Source: a virus | Lineage: Duplodnaviria > Caudoviricetes | Reading direction: 5' to 3' (one strand) | Length of the DNA stretch: 44,043 bases | Virus record (IMG/VR): IMGVR_UViG_3300005326_000723 | Coordinates: 1-44,043 of that record | In this document: positions 8,901-17,912 of the stretch, in pieces | How positions within the stretch are numbered: position 1 is the stretch's first letter | Layout: each line of letters starts with the position of its first letter | Made by a program: the position numbers and the translations under genes | The notes under the pieces: generated by a model | What the model was told of the DNA's origin: nothing | Databases searched by the model: none | Seen by the model: the letters and a program-made list of their open reading frames with translations, nothing else

Positions 8901-9726
8901 AGTCGGCATCTATCGGTTGGCCGGTGCAGGCGCTGTATCTGAGTCGTGGGCGCTTTTTGAACTGCTCAGGAGCAAACAGCCCGATCACCTTGGGCACATC
9001 GTTCGGGCACAGCTCTAGGAGATCCTTTGCGCAATCCGGCAGCTGCATCTCCAGGATCTCCGATCGCGACTCGCCGGCAGCATCGACCCAGGATGCGGTG
9101 ACCGATATCGTCACCTCGCCGGTGGCCGACCAGGCATATTCGCCGCTCTCCGGATCGAGCTCCACCTTGGCGAACGAGCACACCACCGGATAGCTATACC
9201 CCAGGGCAACGCCGCGCAGCCGCATGACGCCATAGCACCCCTTGGTCAGCACAACATTCGCCCCCGCAACGCTAATTTCTGGAGGAATGATCGACTCAGA
9301 ATGGCTGTCGAAGCAGCCCATCTGCCATGCCACCTCGGCCTGTTCGGTAATCCACGGTAACCCGATGACCCGTTCACCCTCGGCGGCTACATCTATCTCC
9401 CGGTGATGCCGCACCGCCGATTGGTCGCCAATGGCTGCACCCGCCGCCTTCAGCGTATAGGGCAGGCCCAGGGACGAAGGCCAGACATAGAGTGTCAACG
9501 TCACCGTGACCGTTCCCTCGCTATCGATGGAGACCGAAGGACAGCGATCGGGTTGATAGCTGCGGGCGCTAAGTCCTGACAGCGCCCTGGCAAGCATTTG
9601 GTTCAGGTCGCTGGTGCTGACATTGTTCTGGCTGGTGGGGATCGCCTCCTGCTCGAGGTTGATCCACGACTCATTGGATGCGGGGGAATCGGCACCATTC
9701 AAGGCAATCAACAGGGAAGCATCCAT
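8887..9726 (-). CDS. Tail-tip region protein (279 aa), paralogue 2
   Basis: Start MDASLLIAL at 9726 from a TGATG overlap; WINLEQE and LPYTL motifs. Confidence 0.8.
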   Translation of the reverse strand: MDASLLIALNGADSPASNESWINLEQEAIPTSQNNVSTSDLNQMLARALSGLSARSYQPDRCPSVSIDSEGTVTVTLTLYVWPSSLGLPYTLKAAGAAIGDQSAVRHHREIDVAAEGERVIGLPWITEQAEVAWQMGCFDSHSESIIPPEISVAGANVVLTKGCYGVMRLRGVALGYSYPVVCSFAKVELDPESGEYAWSATGEVTISVTASWVDAAGESRSEILEMQLPDCAKDLLELCPNDVPKVIGLFAPEQFKKRPRLRYSACTGQPIDADYVEE

Positions 9727-10511
9727 CAGTTTTCCCTCAAAAAGTTGCCACCACAGTAGTCCCAGACTTCTTCCTTTTTCCCTGGAGTCACCCGATTGGC
9801 AGGATCCTGTTCCTCCCACTCCAGGGAGAGACCGATCCGGCCGCCGCACTCCGCCGCCATGGCCGTCAACTCTTCGGCTGTCGGCGGCGGATCAAACTTG
9901 AGCAAAACCGGCTCGCCGCCGAGAGGCAGCCCTAGAATATAGGCCGACCAGAAGTGCTCCAGGGCATCGTCCCGCGCCTCCATACTCAAGGTATGGGCGG
10001 TGCGGAAGGTGCGGTACTTGATCTGCAGTGACCCATACACTGGAAAGGCCGTGCCGACCGATCGGGCCTTGATCGTGATGCCGGGCGCGGGGATCTGGTT
10101 GCCCTCGGCATCGTAGGCGGTCAGCCAGTTGGCGCTGACCAGGGAATGGGCGGGATATCGCAATCCCTGCTCCGTCTCCAAACGGAAATGGACGGTCTCC
10201 GTCAACACAGGAGTTTGCACTCGCCCTTCGGACAACTCGCCATAACTGGCGAGCACCCGATACGGCAGGGTCGGTGTGGCTGGGTAGGCATAGATGGTGC
10301 TGGTCACCCGTTCGCCGCTGATCGCACAGTCGATCTGCGGATTCCATTTTCCGCCAAAGAGTTTGAAGGCGATATGCCGCACCATGTTGGCCTTGGTCAA
10401 CAGGCCGGTGTATGCCTTCCACTCCTCTTGTTCAAGGGTGAGCAGGCCGGATATCGATTCGGATTCCTCCTGCTTGGCCAGCGTGATGGCGAGACTAGCC
10501 TGCCGACTCAC
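9726..10511 (-). CDS. Tail-tip region protein (261 aa), paralogue 1
   Basis: GTG start; ASLAITL...LLTLEQE and LPYRV motifs. Confidence 0.8.
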   Translation of the reverse strand: MSRQASLAITLAKQEESESISGLLTLEQEEWKAYTGLLTKANMVRHIAFKLFGGKWNPQIDCAISGERVTSTIYAYPATPTLPYRVLASYGELSEGRVQTPVLTETVHFRLETEQGLRYPAHSLVSANWLTAYDAEGNQIPAPGITIKARSVGTAFPVYGSLQIKYRTFRTAHTLSMEARDDALEHFWSAYILGLPLGGEPVLLKFDPPPTAEELTAMAAECGGRIGLSLEWEEQDPANRVTPGKKEEVWDYCGGNFLREN

Positions 10512-11499
10512 AGAACATCACCAAGGAGGCAATGGAGCTTGCAATCTCGCCGGTTCCCGCCGGGGTGACGCGATCGACGAACAGGGGCACGGCGGCCGGG
10601 TGCGTCTGGTACACCAGCGTATTGCCGATCGCTTGGGTGCCCGCCCATCCTGCTGCACGTAGCGTAAAGAATGGTTTTCCGTATGCCGAGTTGGTGGGAG
10701 CAAAATCGGTGCTGACGTTGCCGGTGCCAACCACGCCAACCGTGTCGCCGCTGACCGTGAAAGCCGTCGTGCTGGTGAAGGTCAGGGTCCAGGTCTGCTC
10801 GATGGTGCCGATATTGTCGCCCAGGACCGGGTAGGTCGTCTCATCGTACGTGCCTCCCAGCGTCTCGACCCAGTTGTCGACCGCACAGGCCACGCTGGCA
10901 GGTTCGTGCACTGTCGAGACCCTGGATCCCGATGACGTTGCGTAGCTGTTGGATAACGCGCTTTCGAGCGTGATTGTGACGGTCAAGCCATCCACAACGG
11001 GCGCACCGTCGATAGTGCGGAACTCTTCATTGCCGGTCGCCGATCCGGCGTTGACCTTGTCGGTGATGCGGATGGTGTCGCCGTCCTGGAAGATGCCCGC
11101 CAACGCCGCGTTTTCGAGGGTGACCACGAGAGTCGAGCTGCCGGCGTTTGCATTGCTTGCCAGATACGCCGCCCCATACTTGCGCTCCGACCCGGTCAGG
11201 TCGGCCTCGACATTCCTTTGGGTTGCCGGATAAAAGAACACGTATTCGCCGCCGGCTGTCGGCTTGTCGAGCCAGATCCTGGGGGAGAGCGCGGTCAGGT
11301 CGGCATCGTTCGCCACTTTGAAGAAGGCTTTCCGCCTTACCCTGCCGCCTTCGGTCCGTTCGGCATAGCCGATATTGGGCAGCGCATTGTTGACGACCCC
11401 GCTCACAACCCGCGTGGTCGTCATTCTGCCGCCGTTCGCCGAGGGATTCTCGCTGACCGCACCCAGATACAAATGGAGTTCGCTGTCGATGATGGCCAT
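10495..11499 (-). CDS. Minor tail protein (334 aa, Thr/Gly/Ser-rich beta protein)
   Basis: Second gene after the tape measure; virion-like composition. Confidence 0.8.
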   Translation of the reverse strand: MAIIDSELHLYLGAVSENPSANGGRMTTTRVVSGVVNNALPNIGYAERTEGGRVRRKAFFKVANDADLTALSPRIWLDKPTAGGEYVFFYPATQRNVEADLTGSERKYGAAYLASNANAGSSTLVVTLENAALAGIFQDGDTIRITDKVNAGSATGNEEFRTIDGAPVVDGLTVTITLESALSNSYATSSGSRVSTVHEPASVACAVDNWVETLGGTYDETTYPVLGDNIGTIEQTWTLTFTSTTAFTVSGDTVGVVGTGNVSTDFAPTNSAYGKPFFTLRAAGWAGTQAIGNTLVYQTHPAAVPLFVDRVTPAGTGEIASSIASLVMFCESAG

Positions 11500-11853
11500 T
11501 TAAACCTCGAGTAAAAGGATCGACCCGGAGAGCCAATTGGTTCCCAGCGGGTCCTTTAATTTGGGAGATGGATCCAGCTGGACGCCGACGATCAGCACCG
11601 TGAACGTGCCCCGATGATGAACAAGGGTAACGGCCTGGCGCAATGCCGCCAGCTCCTGCACCGCGTCCTTCTGATCATAGGTGAAATGATTCTTGCCATC
11701 CAAGGAAAGCGACCGTCCTCCTGGGGAAGGATCGGTGCGCACCACCTGCCTGCCACCGAGGGTCCGCTTTGCATCGACAACAACCGGTACGGACGAATCC
11801 AGTCCGGTCAGGAGCAATTCATCGGAGAGGATGACAGATCCCAGGGAAACCAT
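11500..11853 (-). CDS. Putative distal-tail-like protein
   Basis: Directly after the tape measure gene; KRTLGGRQVV hairpin-like motif. Inferred from synteny. Confidence 0.65.
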   Translation of the reverse strand: MVSLGSVILSDELLLTGLDSSVPVVVDAKRTLGGRQVVRTDPSPGGRSLSLDGKNHFTYDQKDAVQELAALRQAVTLVHHRGTFTVLIVGVQLDPSPKLKDPLGTNWLSGSILLLEV

Positions 11854-11854
11854 C

Positions 11855-14800
11855 TCAGCTCCGCAACCGTTCGAACCGGGCCAACGCCCGTTTTATCTTG
11901 TGCACATCGACCTCGGAACCCGACACCTTGGCCCTGCCGTCCGCCCCGAAATCGAAATACAGGGTGGTCTCCCCGCCAGCTCCAGCCACGACCGGCCCGC
12001 CGGTCGCAAGGTGCTGTACCGGCATCTGCGGCATGCGATCGATGAGTCCGCCCAAGCGGTATCCTATGTTGGCCTTGATGCGTTTTGAGAGTTCGATGAT
12101 GGCCAGGTCGATCCGACCGTTGTTGAGATGGGCCAGAGCCGGCAATCCAGCCTTCAGCGAGGCCCATTTGTTGATCATGTATTCCCCGGCCTCTCCCAGT
12201 AGGTTCACGGTATCGCCGCCGCCGAATCCGGGCAGGTGACCGCCTCCCAGGATGTTGCGGACGCCGCCGCCGCTGGCGAGCGCCTGAATGGCGCCACCGA
12301 GACTGTACCCGCCGATCCGGCCGCCGGATGACCTGGATTCGACCGTCTTGACGTTGATGTAGACGGTCCGGTCCTTGTTCACGATCTTCTCGATATGCTC
12401 CTCGACCACGACCAATTCCTTCTCGGCCTTGGATCGCATGTTCTGCCAGCTCTCCAGCCACTTCTGTTCCGCCTCGTCCATCCCTTTGGCCAGATTGGCA
12501 AAGCCGCTCTCCTTGGTCAGTGCGTTCATGGCGCCATTGGCGGCATCCTGCTGCTGTTTGAGGATGGAGATCGCCAGCTCGCCCGAACTCTTCACGCCGT
12601 CCATGGCCGTCTTCAGCGCTTCCTGCTGGCTAACCACGACGGTGTCGCCGTTCTTCACCTCGGTGTTGAGCGCCTTATACGCCTGTTTCGCCTCGTCGGC
12701 ATAGCCCACGGCTTCTTTCCACTTCTCTCCGGCGGTGATCGTATCGCCTGCGGCCATCGCCGCCTTGGCTTCCTCCGCCGCCTTCTTTGCCGCCGCCTCG
12801 TATTCCTGCGCCTCTTTGCGCTGATCTTCCCATGCCGATACGCCGGACATGCCGGAGCGGGCCATAGCTCGCAGTTCGGATGCCAGCGATCGCTCGCGGT
12901 TCGCGATATCCGCCTGGATACGCCTGATCTCATCGGCATATTCCTTGTACCGCTTTTGCATCTCCTTGAGGGCCTCGCCAGTCGCCTGCTTCATGACGGT
13001 TCCGGTCTGCTTGGTGGCGTCCTGCTGCTCCTTCGATCCCGCCTTCCAGGTCCCTGTGAGGTCGTCGTAATGCAATTTGCCCTCCTTGACGGCCTGGTCG
13101 AGTTCCTTCATAGAGGTGACGGTCACACCTGTCGATTCCGATATTTCGACGAAGCGTTCGTTCACCCTGCGTGTGTTCTCAGCCAATTCCGCTTGGGCTT
13201 CTGCCGTGCCTTTGATTGCAGACCGCATCGTCAGCCATTCCCCAAACTTATATGCCGCCAGGAATACCAATGCTGCCCCGAGGCTGCGACACCATGTCGT
13301 CAAGGTGATCACCGCTGGAGTCGTAGCCGCAGCTTGCGTCCCAATTCCTGCAATGGCCAGCTTAGCGATTAGAGCCAGTTTCGAGACCTGGCTAAACACC
13401 AGCGCTCCCGTACCGATGGCGACGATCGCAGCCGTCACCCTTGGCGCTGCGGTCGCCGCGTCGGCAAAGAGCCGGATCAGCTCTCTAATGGGTGCCAAGA
13501 TGGTTTTTATCGCTGGAAGATATGCCGTCCCCAATGCCACCGCAGATTCGGTCACTTCATTCTTCATCAATTGAATCTGGTGCTCAGTCGTCTTGGTCCT
13601 TTCCTCAAACTCCTTGTTCATCGATCCGGCATACTGCGACCGGTCGGCAACTTGCCCGAGCGCCTCACGATAGGTTCCGAGACTGCCGACCAATACGGCG
13701 ATATCGTCCTGAAACTCACGACCAAATAATCCAGTCAGGACCTCTGCCCGCTCCTGCCCCTTGAGCCTGCCCAAGGTGTCGAGCAATGTATCGAGAGCCT
13801 TTTGAGGATCTGCTGCCACTTGCGCCGCCATGTCTTCCGCGCTCATGCCGATCTTGTCTAGCGCCCACATAAAATCCTTGCTCTGCATGGTGGCCGTCTG
13901 CATCCGGTTGAGCATGGAGTTGATCGCAGTGGATGCGACTTCTGGAGCTTTCCCGAGGCTAAGCATGGCGGCGGCGAGCGCTGCCGTCGATTCCTTTGCC
14001 AGTCCAAACTGTTTGGATGTACCTCCGACCCGCAACATCACATCAACGATGTCTCGCTCACGTGCTGCCGACGTATTGCCCAACCGGTTGATGGTATCGC
14101 CCAACCCCTCAACCTCGGTCACCGCCAATTGGTAGACGTTCTTGATTTTGCCGATGGAGTCCCCAGCCTCCTGAGCTGACATGTCGAAGGCCGTCGCCAT
14201 CTTTGCGGTCACCTTGACGAACGCGCCTATATCCTCGGTGGCAATGCCCAACTGACCACCGGCAGCTGCGATCTGCGCCAGTTCGTTGACGTTCATCGGG
14301 ATTTCCCTGGTCAAGGCGACAATCTCCTTGCGCAGCGCCTGAAATCCGGCAGGAGTGGCATCGATCACCTTCTTGACGCCAGCCATCGAGCTTTCGAATT
14401 TGATCGCCTGGCCGATCGCCAGCACCGTGGGCGCTGCAGCGGCTGCGATCTCGACCATCCCCGTCTTAACTCCGCCTAACGCCTCCCTCCAGCCGTTGGT
14501 GCGTTGAGTCAGCTCCTCGATGCGCCCCCGGAGTGCGACCTTGGCTTGGGCCAATTCTGCCATCGAGAGTTTTCCCGAAGCGGCCAGGATGGCGTAGGAT
14601 TGTTTTGCCTTGGCTATTTCAGCGCTGATATCGGCATGAGGGGTGAGTTTGAAGGTGTCCCGCGCCTGTGCAACCTTGGCCAGATCCTGGTATTTTTGTC
14701 TGGTTGCGTCGAGTTGCGATCGCAATGCGGCTTGCTGCCCGGCAAGTCCCGAAGTCGATACGCCAGCAGCGGCCATGACCGACCGCATTCTCTGCAGCTC

Positions 14801-15118
14801 TTGCTGTTGCCCGGAAAGCGTTTCCTTCAGCTTTCCGGCAGCAGCCTTGGCTTTGTCAAACTCCTTGGCTAGCGCCGAGCCGCCGGTCCCGTCTTTGGTC
14901 GCCTTTGCCAGGTCGGCTACTTTCTTTTGGGCCTCTTGGTAGGCTCTTGCCGTTTCCTCAGTTTGTTTTTTAAGGTCAACAAAGCCCTTGATGGAACCCA
15001 GCGCCTTGGAGATCCCGGCAGAAGCTGTACGGAAATCGGTCTGTAACTGGTCGAGGTTCGTCTTGACCGTTGCCGTTTCAACGCCTATCTTGATTGACAG
15101 TTCCGAAGGAGATCCCAT
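11855..15118 (-). CDS. Tail tape measure protein (TP901-family core)
   Basis: About 1087 aa, Ala-rich and helical; AIKFESSMAGVKKV, AAAGGQLGI, MATAFDM, LGDTINRLGN core. Confidence 0.93.
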   Translation of the reverse strand: MGSPSELSIKIGVETATVKTNLDQLQTDFRTASAGISKALGSIKGFVDLKKQTEETARAYQEAQKKVADLAKATKDGTGGSALAKEFDKAKAAAGKLKETLSGQQQELQRMRSVMAAAGVSTSGLAGQQAALRSQLDATRQKYQDLAKVAQARDTFKLTPHADISAEIAKAKQSYAILAASGKLSMAELAQAKVALRGRIEELTQRTNGWREALGGVKTGMVEIAAAAAPTVLAIGQAIKFESSMAGVKKVIDATPAGFQALRKEIVALTREIPMNVNELAQIAAAGGQLGIATEDIGAFVKVTAKMATAFDMSAQEAGDSIGKIKNVYQLAVTEVEGLGDTINRLGNTSAARERDIVDVMLRVGGTSKQFGLAKESTAALAAAMLSLGKAPEVASTAINSMLNRMQTATMQSKDFMWALDKIGMSAEDMAAQVAADPQKALDTLLDTLGRLKGQERAEVLTGLFGREFQDDIAVLVGSLGTYREALGQVADRSQYAGSMNKEFEERTKTTEHQIQLMKNEVTESAVALGTAYLPAIKTILAPIRELIRLFADAATAAPRVTAAIVAIGTGALVFSQVSKLALIAKLAIAGIGTQAAATTPAVITLTTWCRSLGAALVFLAAYKFGEWLTMRSAIKGTAEAQAELAENTRRVNERFVEISESTGVTVTSMKELDQAVKEGKLHYDDLTGTWKAGSKEQQDATKQTGTVMKQATGEALKEMQKRYKEYADEIRRIQADIANRERSLASELRAMARSGMSGVSAWEDQRKEAQEYEAAAKKAAEEAKAAMAAGDTITAGEKWKEAVGYADEAKQAYKALNTEVKNGDTVVVSQQEALKTAMDGVKSSGELAISILKQQQDAANGAMNALTKESGFANLAKGMDEAEQKWLESWQNMRSKAEKELVVVEEHIEKIVNKDRTVYINVKTVESRSSGGRIGGYSLGGAIQALASGGGVRNILGGGHLPGFGGGDTVNLLGEAGEYMINKWASLKAGLPALAHLNNGRIDLAIIELSKRIKANIGYRLGGLIDRMPQMPVQHLATGGPVVAGAGGETTLYFDFGADGRAKVSGSEVDVHKIKRALARFERLRS

Positions 15119-15137
15119 GTTCTTCAATAACCCTTCA

Positions 15138-15365
15138 ATGCCCCTTCAACAGAGGCATATCGTCCTTGTAATCGTCGGCATCTGCATGCTTGCCGTGCAC
15201 CCGGACGCCTTTACCCTGCTTGCTGCCTTGACCTTGATGATTCCTGTCGGATGCCTGTTTATCTCAGCATCCGGTCTGCTGTTTGGGAGAAGCGGATGGA
15301 TAGCGAGCACGGCAGCCTCCTGTGCCCTGATTGCCACCGTGCTCATTTATTCGCTGACTCGTTGA
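15138..15365 (+). CDS. Possible small membrane protein (antisense moron between chaperone and tape measure)
   Basis: 75 aa, almost entirely hydrophobic (2-3 TM segments). No clear RBS; overlapped by a minus-strand ORF at 15146-15346. Confidence 0.45.
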   Translation: MPLQQRHIVLVIVGICMLAVHPDAFTLLAALTLMIPVGCLFISASGLLFGRSGWIASTAASCALIATVLIYSLTR

Positions 15366-15413
15366 TCTCCTCGATCGCAGCTTGATAGAGCGTCCATCCA
15401 TAGGTGGGCGCGT

Positions 15414-15776
15414 TCACGTGGCCGAGTCTGGCGAGCTTGCAGACGGTTTTTCTGATGTCTCTGGCTCTTTCTTTCCGATCAAACCCGCAACATGGTGCAA
15501 CCGAGCCAGCATCCTTGACAAAAAATCGTTCACCTCCTCGACCGCATCCCATATCCGTTTCATATCGCTGGGTAAGATTTCCCCGTCAAACCACTCCGCA
15601 GCCAGTCCGGTACTCATGACCACCGCTTCCAACGGAATAACCGAATCCATCAGCAACTCAGCCAGCGAAACCTTTTCCCTTGTCGCCTTGTTCTCATCCA
15701 ACAAATCGGCAATTTGGGGAGCGTTCAGCTCTTTGACGACAATGTCTTTTCCCGCAACAACGATTGTTTTTTCCAT
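15414..15776 (-). CDS. Tail assembly chaperone (gpG-like); -1 frameshift product would extend to 15343
   Basis: Between tail tube and tape measure. The overlapping -1 frame (RKTVCKLARLGHVNAPTYGWTLYQAAIEE) has no start of its own. Confidence 0.85.
   Translation of the reverse strand: MEKTIVVAGKDIVVKELNAPQIADLLDENKATREKVSLAELLMDSVIPLEAVVMSTGLAAEWFDGEILPSDMKRIWDAVEEVNDFLSRMLARLHHVAGLIGKKEPETSEKPSASSPDSAT
15480..15486 (-). other. Candidate -1 ribosomal frameshift site G GGT TTG (alternative C GGA AAG just downstream)
   Basis: In-frame X XXY YYZ heptamer inside the overlap of the chaperone ORF with the -1 ORF ending at 15343. Confidence 0.6.
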
Positions 15777-15784
15777 GGTCAACC

Positions 15785-16540
15785 TCAGCTCAACCAGATC
15801 AGCTTGAACGGTTCGGTTTTCCCAGATGGCGTCTCCAGGGTGGCGTCAAACTTGGCCTCCATGAACTTCTTGTCGCCCGCTTGAAAGCCGAACTCACCCG
15901 ATGGGGCAAACCGTGCCTGGTAAATATCCAGGATGAAGCGGCGTCCGTCCGCCTTGTTTTGCCCGTCGACCAGGATCCGGGCGCGAACGTCGGCATGGGT
16001 CATGGCCACCATCTGGGTGCCGTTGATCGCCGCCTTGCTGCCGGAAACGTAGACTGTTGCCCCGGATGGAATCGTTCCGGTCGACTTGGCCTTGATCAAT
16101 CCGAGCCGAGGATTGATTTCGTAGTTATCGGCGGCAAAGGTCGTGCCTCCGGAAGTCTCCTTCACCACTATTGAACTGAGCATGTGGGACCCGATCTCCA
16201 CCCACTTGTCGGCGATGGTCACGATCGGCACATCCGTTAGCGTTCCCGAGCTTTGGGTGAACGCACTGTTGGTGCCGAAGAACGCCGCTGCAAACAACGC
16301 TTCGTCCATTTGGTTGAAGATTGACGACATTGACATCGGCTTGGGGAAGGTGGCCGATGCAATGACTTGGGCGAAATTAGTGAGGCCCGTCCCCTCCTGC
16401 TCGATCCGCTCGGAATCGCCCTTGATGGTAAGGGTGGGGCAGTTCCCTTTGAGTTCTAGGCCGGTCGATACCCCTTCGTCGGTCAGGATATCCATTAAAA
16501 CATCGGCTATGCCCATAAATGAAAACGGTGCGCCCATCAT
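15785..16540 (-). CDS. Major tail tube protein (non-contractile type)
   Basis: Position after the tail terminator; LKGNCPTLTI, YEINPRLGLI, GQNKADG, LETPSGKTEPF; no sheath gene nearby. Confidence 0.8.
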   Translation of the reverse strand: MMGAPFSFMGIADVLMDILTDEGVSTGLELKGNCPTLTIKGDSERIEQEGTGLTNFAQVIASATFPKPMSMSSIFNQMDEALFAAAFFGTNSAFTQSSGTLTDVPIVTIADKWVEIGSHMLSSIVVKETSGGTTFAADNYEINPRLGLIKAKSTGTIPSGATVYVSGSKAAINGTQMVAMTHADVRARILVDGQNKADGRRFILDIYQARFAPSGEFGFQAGDKKFMEAKFDATLETPSGKTEPFKLIWLS

Positions 16541-16713
16541 GCCTCCTCGCTGCCTTCAGTCCCGCCTGTTTCGGTGGACTGCTCTAATGGTTTACCGATA
16601 TCGCCCCTGCGGAGCAGATACTTGGCGTTTTCCTCTGCCAGTTCCACGGTCGAACCTGGAGGATACTCCTTGCCGTCGTGGTGGATGGTGCGTCGTACGG
16701 GATACTCTTTCAT
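16537..16713 (-). CDS. Small neck/tail-region protein (58 aa)
   Basis: GAGGA RBS; IHHDGKEYPPGSTVEL motif common in phage neck regions. Confidence 0.75.
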   Translation of the reverse strand: MKEYPVRRTIHHDGKEYPPGSTVELAEENAKYLLRRGDIGKPLEQSTETGGTEGSEEA

Positions 16714-16723
16714 TCGGTCCTCG

Positions 16724-17125
16724 TTATGCAAAGTTTGTAGGGAAGACGCCCAAGGCTATCCGAGCCGTATAGATCAGCAAGGTATCCTCGACGCCCTCGT
16801 AACGGATGCGGGGCACACTCGCCCGTAGACTCCCGACCGGAGTCGCCTCCCAGTCGGTAAACGCATCCCGCACCGCATCGATCATCTTCTCCATGTCGGC
16901 CTGGCCTTTGACAGGGTCAAGATAGCTACTCAGTATCGCCACTTCCCAGGTCAATTTCCTGAGCGCCGCAGGGGAGTCTGTCTCCATTTCGTCCAGCACC
17001 AGGAAAAACACCGCAGAGGGAGGCGCCTGCAGCACCCGCTTGCTGAACCCTTTCTCCACGACCTTGAACAGGGAAAGTCCCTCCAGCCTGGCCCTAATGG
17101 CCTCTCCGATTATGGTCAGCATCAC
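16724..17125 (-). CDS. Tail terminator (Mu gp37-like)
   Basis: Synteny after gp36 and size 133 aa. Confidence 0.7.
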   Translation of the reverse strand: MMLTIIGEAIRARLEGLSLFKVVEKGFSKRVLQAPPSAVFFLVLDEMETDSPAALRKLTWEVAILSSYLDPVKGQADMEKMIDAVRDAFTDWEATPVGSLRASVPRIRYEGVEDTLLIYTARIALGVFPTNFA

Positions 17126-17559
17126 ATCCGCTCCAGGAGGCTTGCCGGAAACAGACGGTCATTGCTCGACACCAGCATATCCACCGATGCGGAGGTTGCC
17201 GGCGGTGTCGCCGCATCCGCACCCATCCCGGCCTCTCCGGATTGCACCCGTTTGAGGTATGCCAGGGCTTGGGCCTGCTGGGTCTTGATCGCCTCGGGAA
17301 TCTCCCCGATGTTCGGCCGGCGGGCAAAGAGGTTGTAGATGCCGAGATCCGCCGAGAATGACCTGGCCAGAGCCGGCACCGGATCGAACGGTACCGCATA
17401 GCGCCCCGCGCAATGGGCATCAATCACCGCGTCCGCCTTGGCGATCGCCCAGTCGATCCTGGTCTGATCCACCACGCCGGCCATGGTTTCATCCGTCAGG
17501 TCGATCAGCACGGACTCGGCCAGCTGCTCGAGAAAATCCTCCAGGGTGCTGTAAGGCAT
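17122..17559 (-). CDS. Head-tail adaptor, Mu gp36-like (DUF1320)
   Basis: MPYSTLED..LIDLTD..AIAKADAVIDAH..GRYAVP..DLGIYNL signature. Confidence 0.88.
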   Translation of the reverse strand: MPYSTLEDFLEQLAESVLIDLTDETMAGVVDQTRIDWAIAKADAVIDAHCAGRYAVPFDPVPALARSFSADLGIYNLFARRPNIGEIPEAIKTQQAQALAYLKRVQSGEAGMGADAATPPATSASVDMLVSSNDRLFPASLLERM

Positions 17560-17865
17560 TTATCTGCTCAGCTCCTGCTCGCGGGCTTCAATGGCGGCCA
17601 GCACGGTTTTGCGGTCTTCACCGTTTTTCAGTTCGACAAGGGCATCCATGGTGGTGGCAGCCTGGGCGGCGGCAATGACCTCGCCGGCGTTCAGCTTGCC
17701 AGGTTGGCCATTAAGCGACGGTTCCTGTCCGACCCTCTCCACCTTGCCTTGCCGGATGCGCCGGGTCGCCTCGGCCTCGGGCATGTTCAACTCTTCGCCT
17801 GGCCCGTAGGTGGTGCGGTTATCGCAAAGCAGCGTTCCGGGTAACACTCTCACTCGTATGTCCAT
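17560..17865 (-). CDS. Mu gp35-position protein (101 aa)
   Basis: GGAGG RBS; C-terminal EDRKTVLAAIE helix; follows the capsid gene. Confidence 0.75.
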   Translation of the reverse strand: MDIRVRVLPGTLLCDNRTTYGPGEELNMPEAEATRRIRQGKVERVGQEPSLNGQPGKLNAGEVIAAAQAATTMDALVELKNGEDRKTVLAAIEAREQELSR

Positions 17866-17912
17866 TGTTTGCTTCCTCCTGTGATAGGCACGGCAGCCCG
17901 TGCCCGATCAGA

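Noticed and set aside
12375-14942. Long + strand ORFs opposite the tape measure gene (e.g. 12395-13372)
   Set aside because: Shadow frames of a GC-rich gene; no motifs or RBS.
17888-17905. Hairpin GGCACGG/CCGTGCC after the capsid gene as a named RNA motif or terminator
   Set aside because: Single short hairpin without a U-tract; probably an mRNA stabiliser, too little to call.
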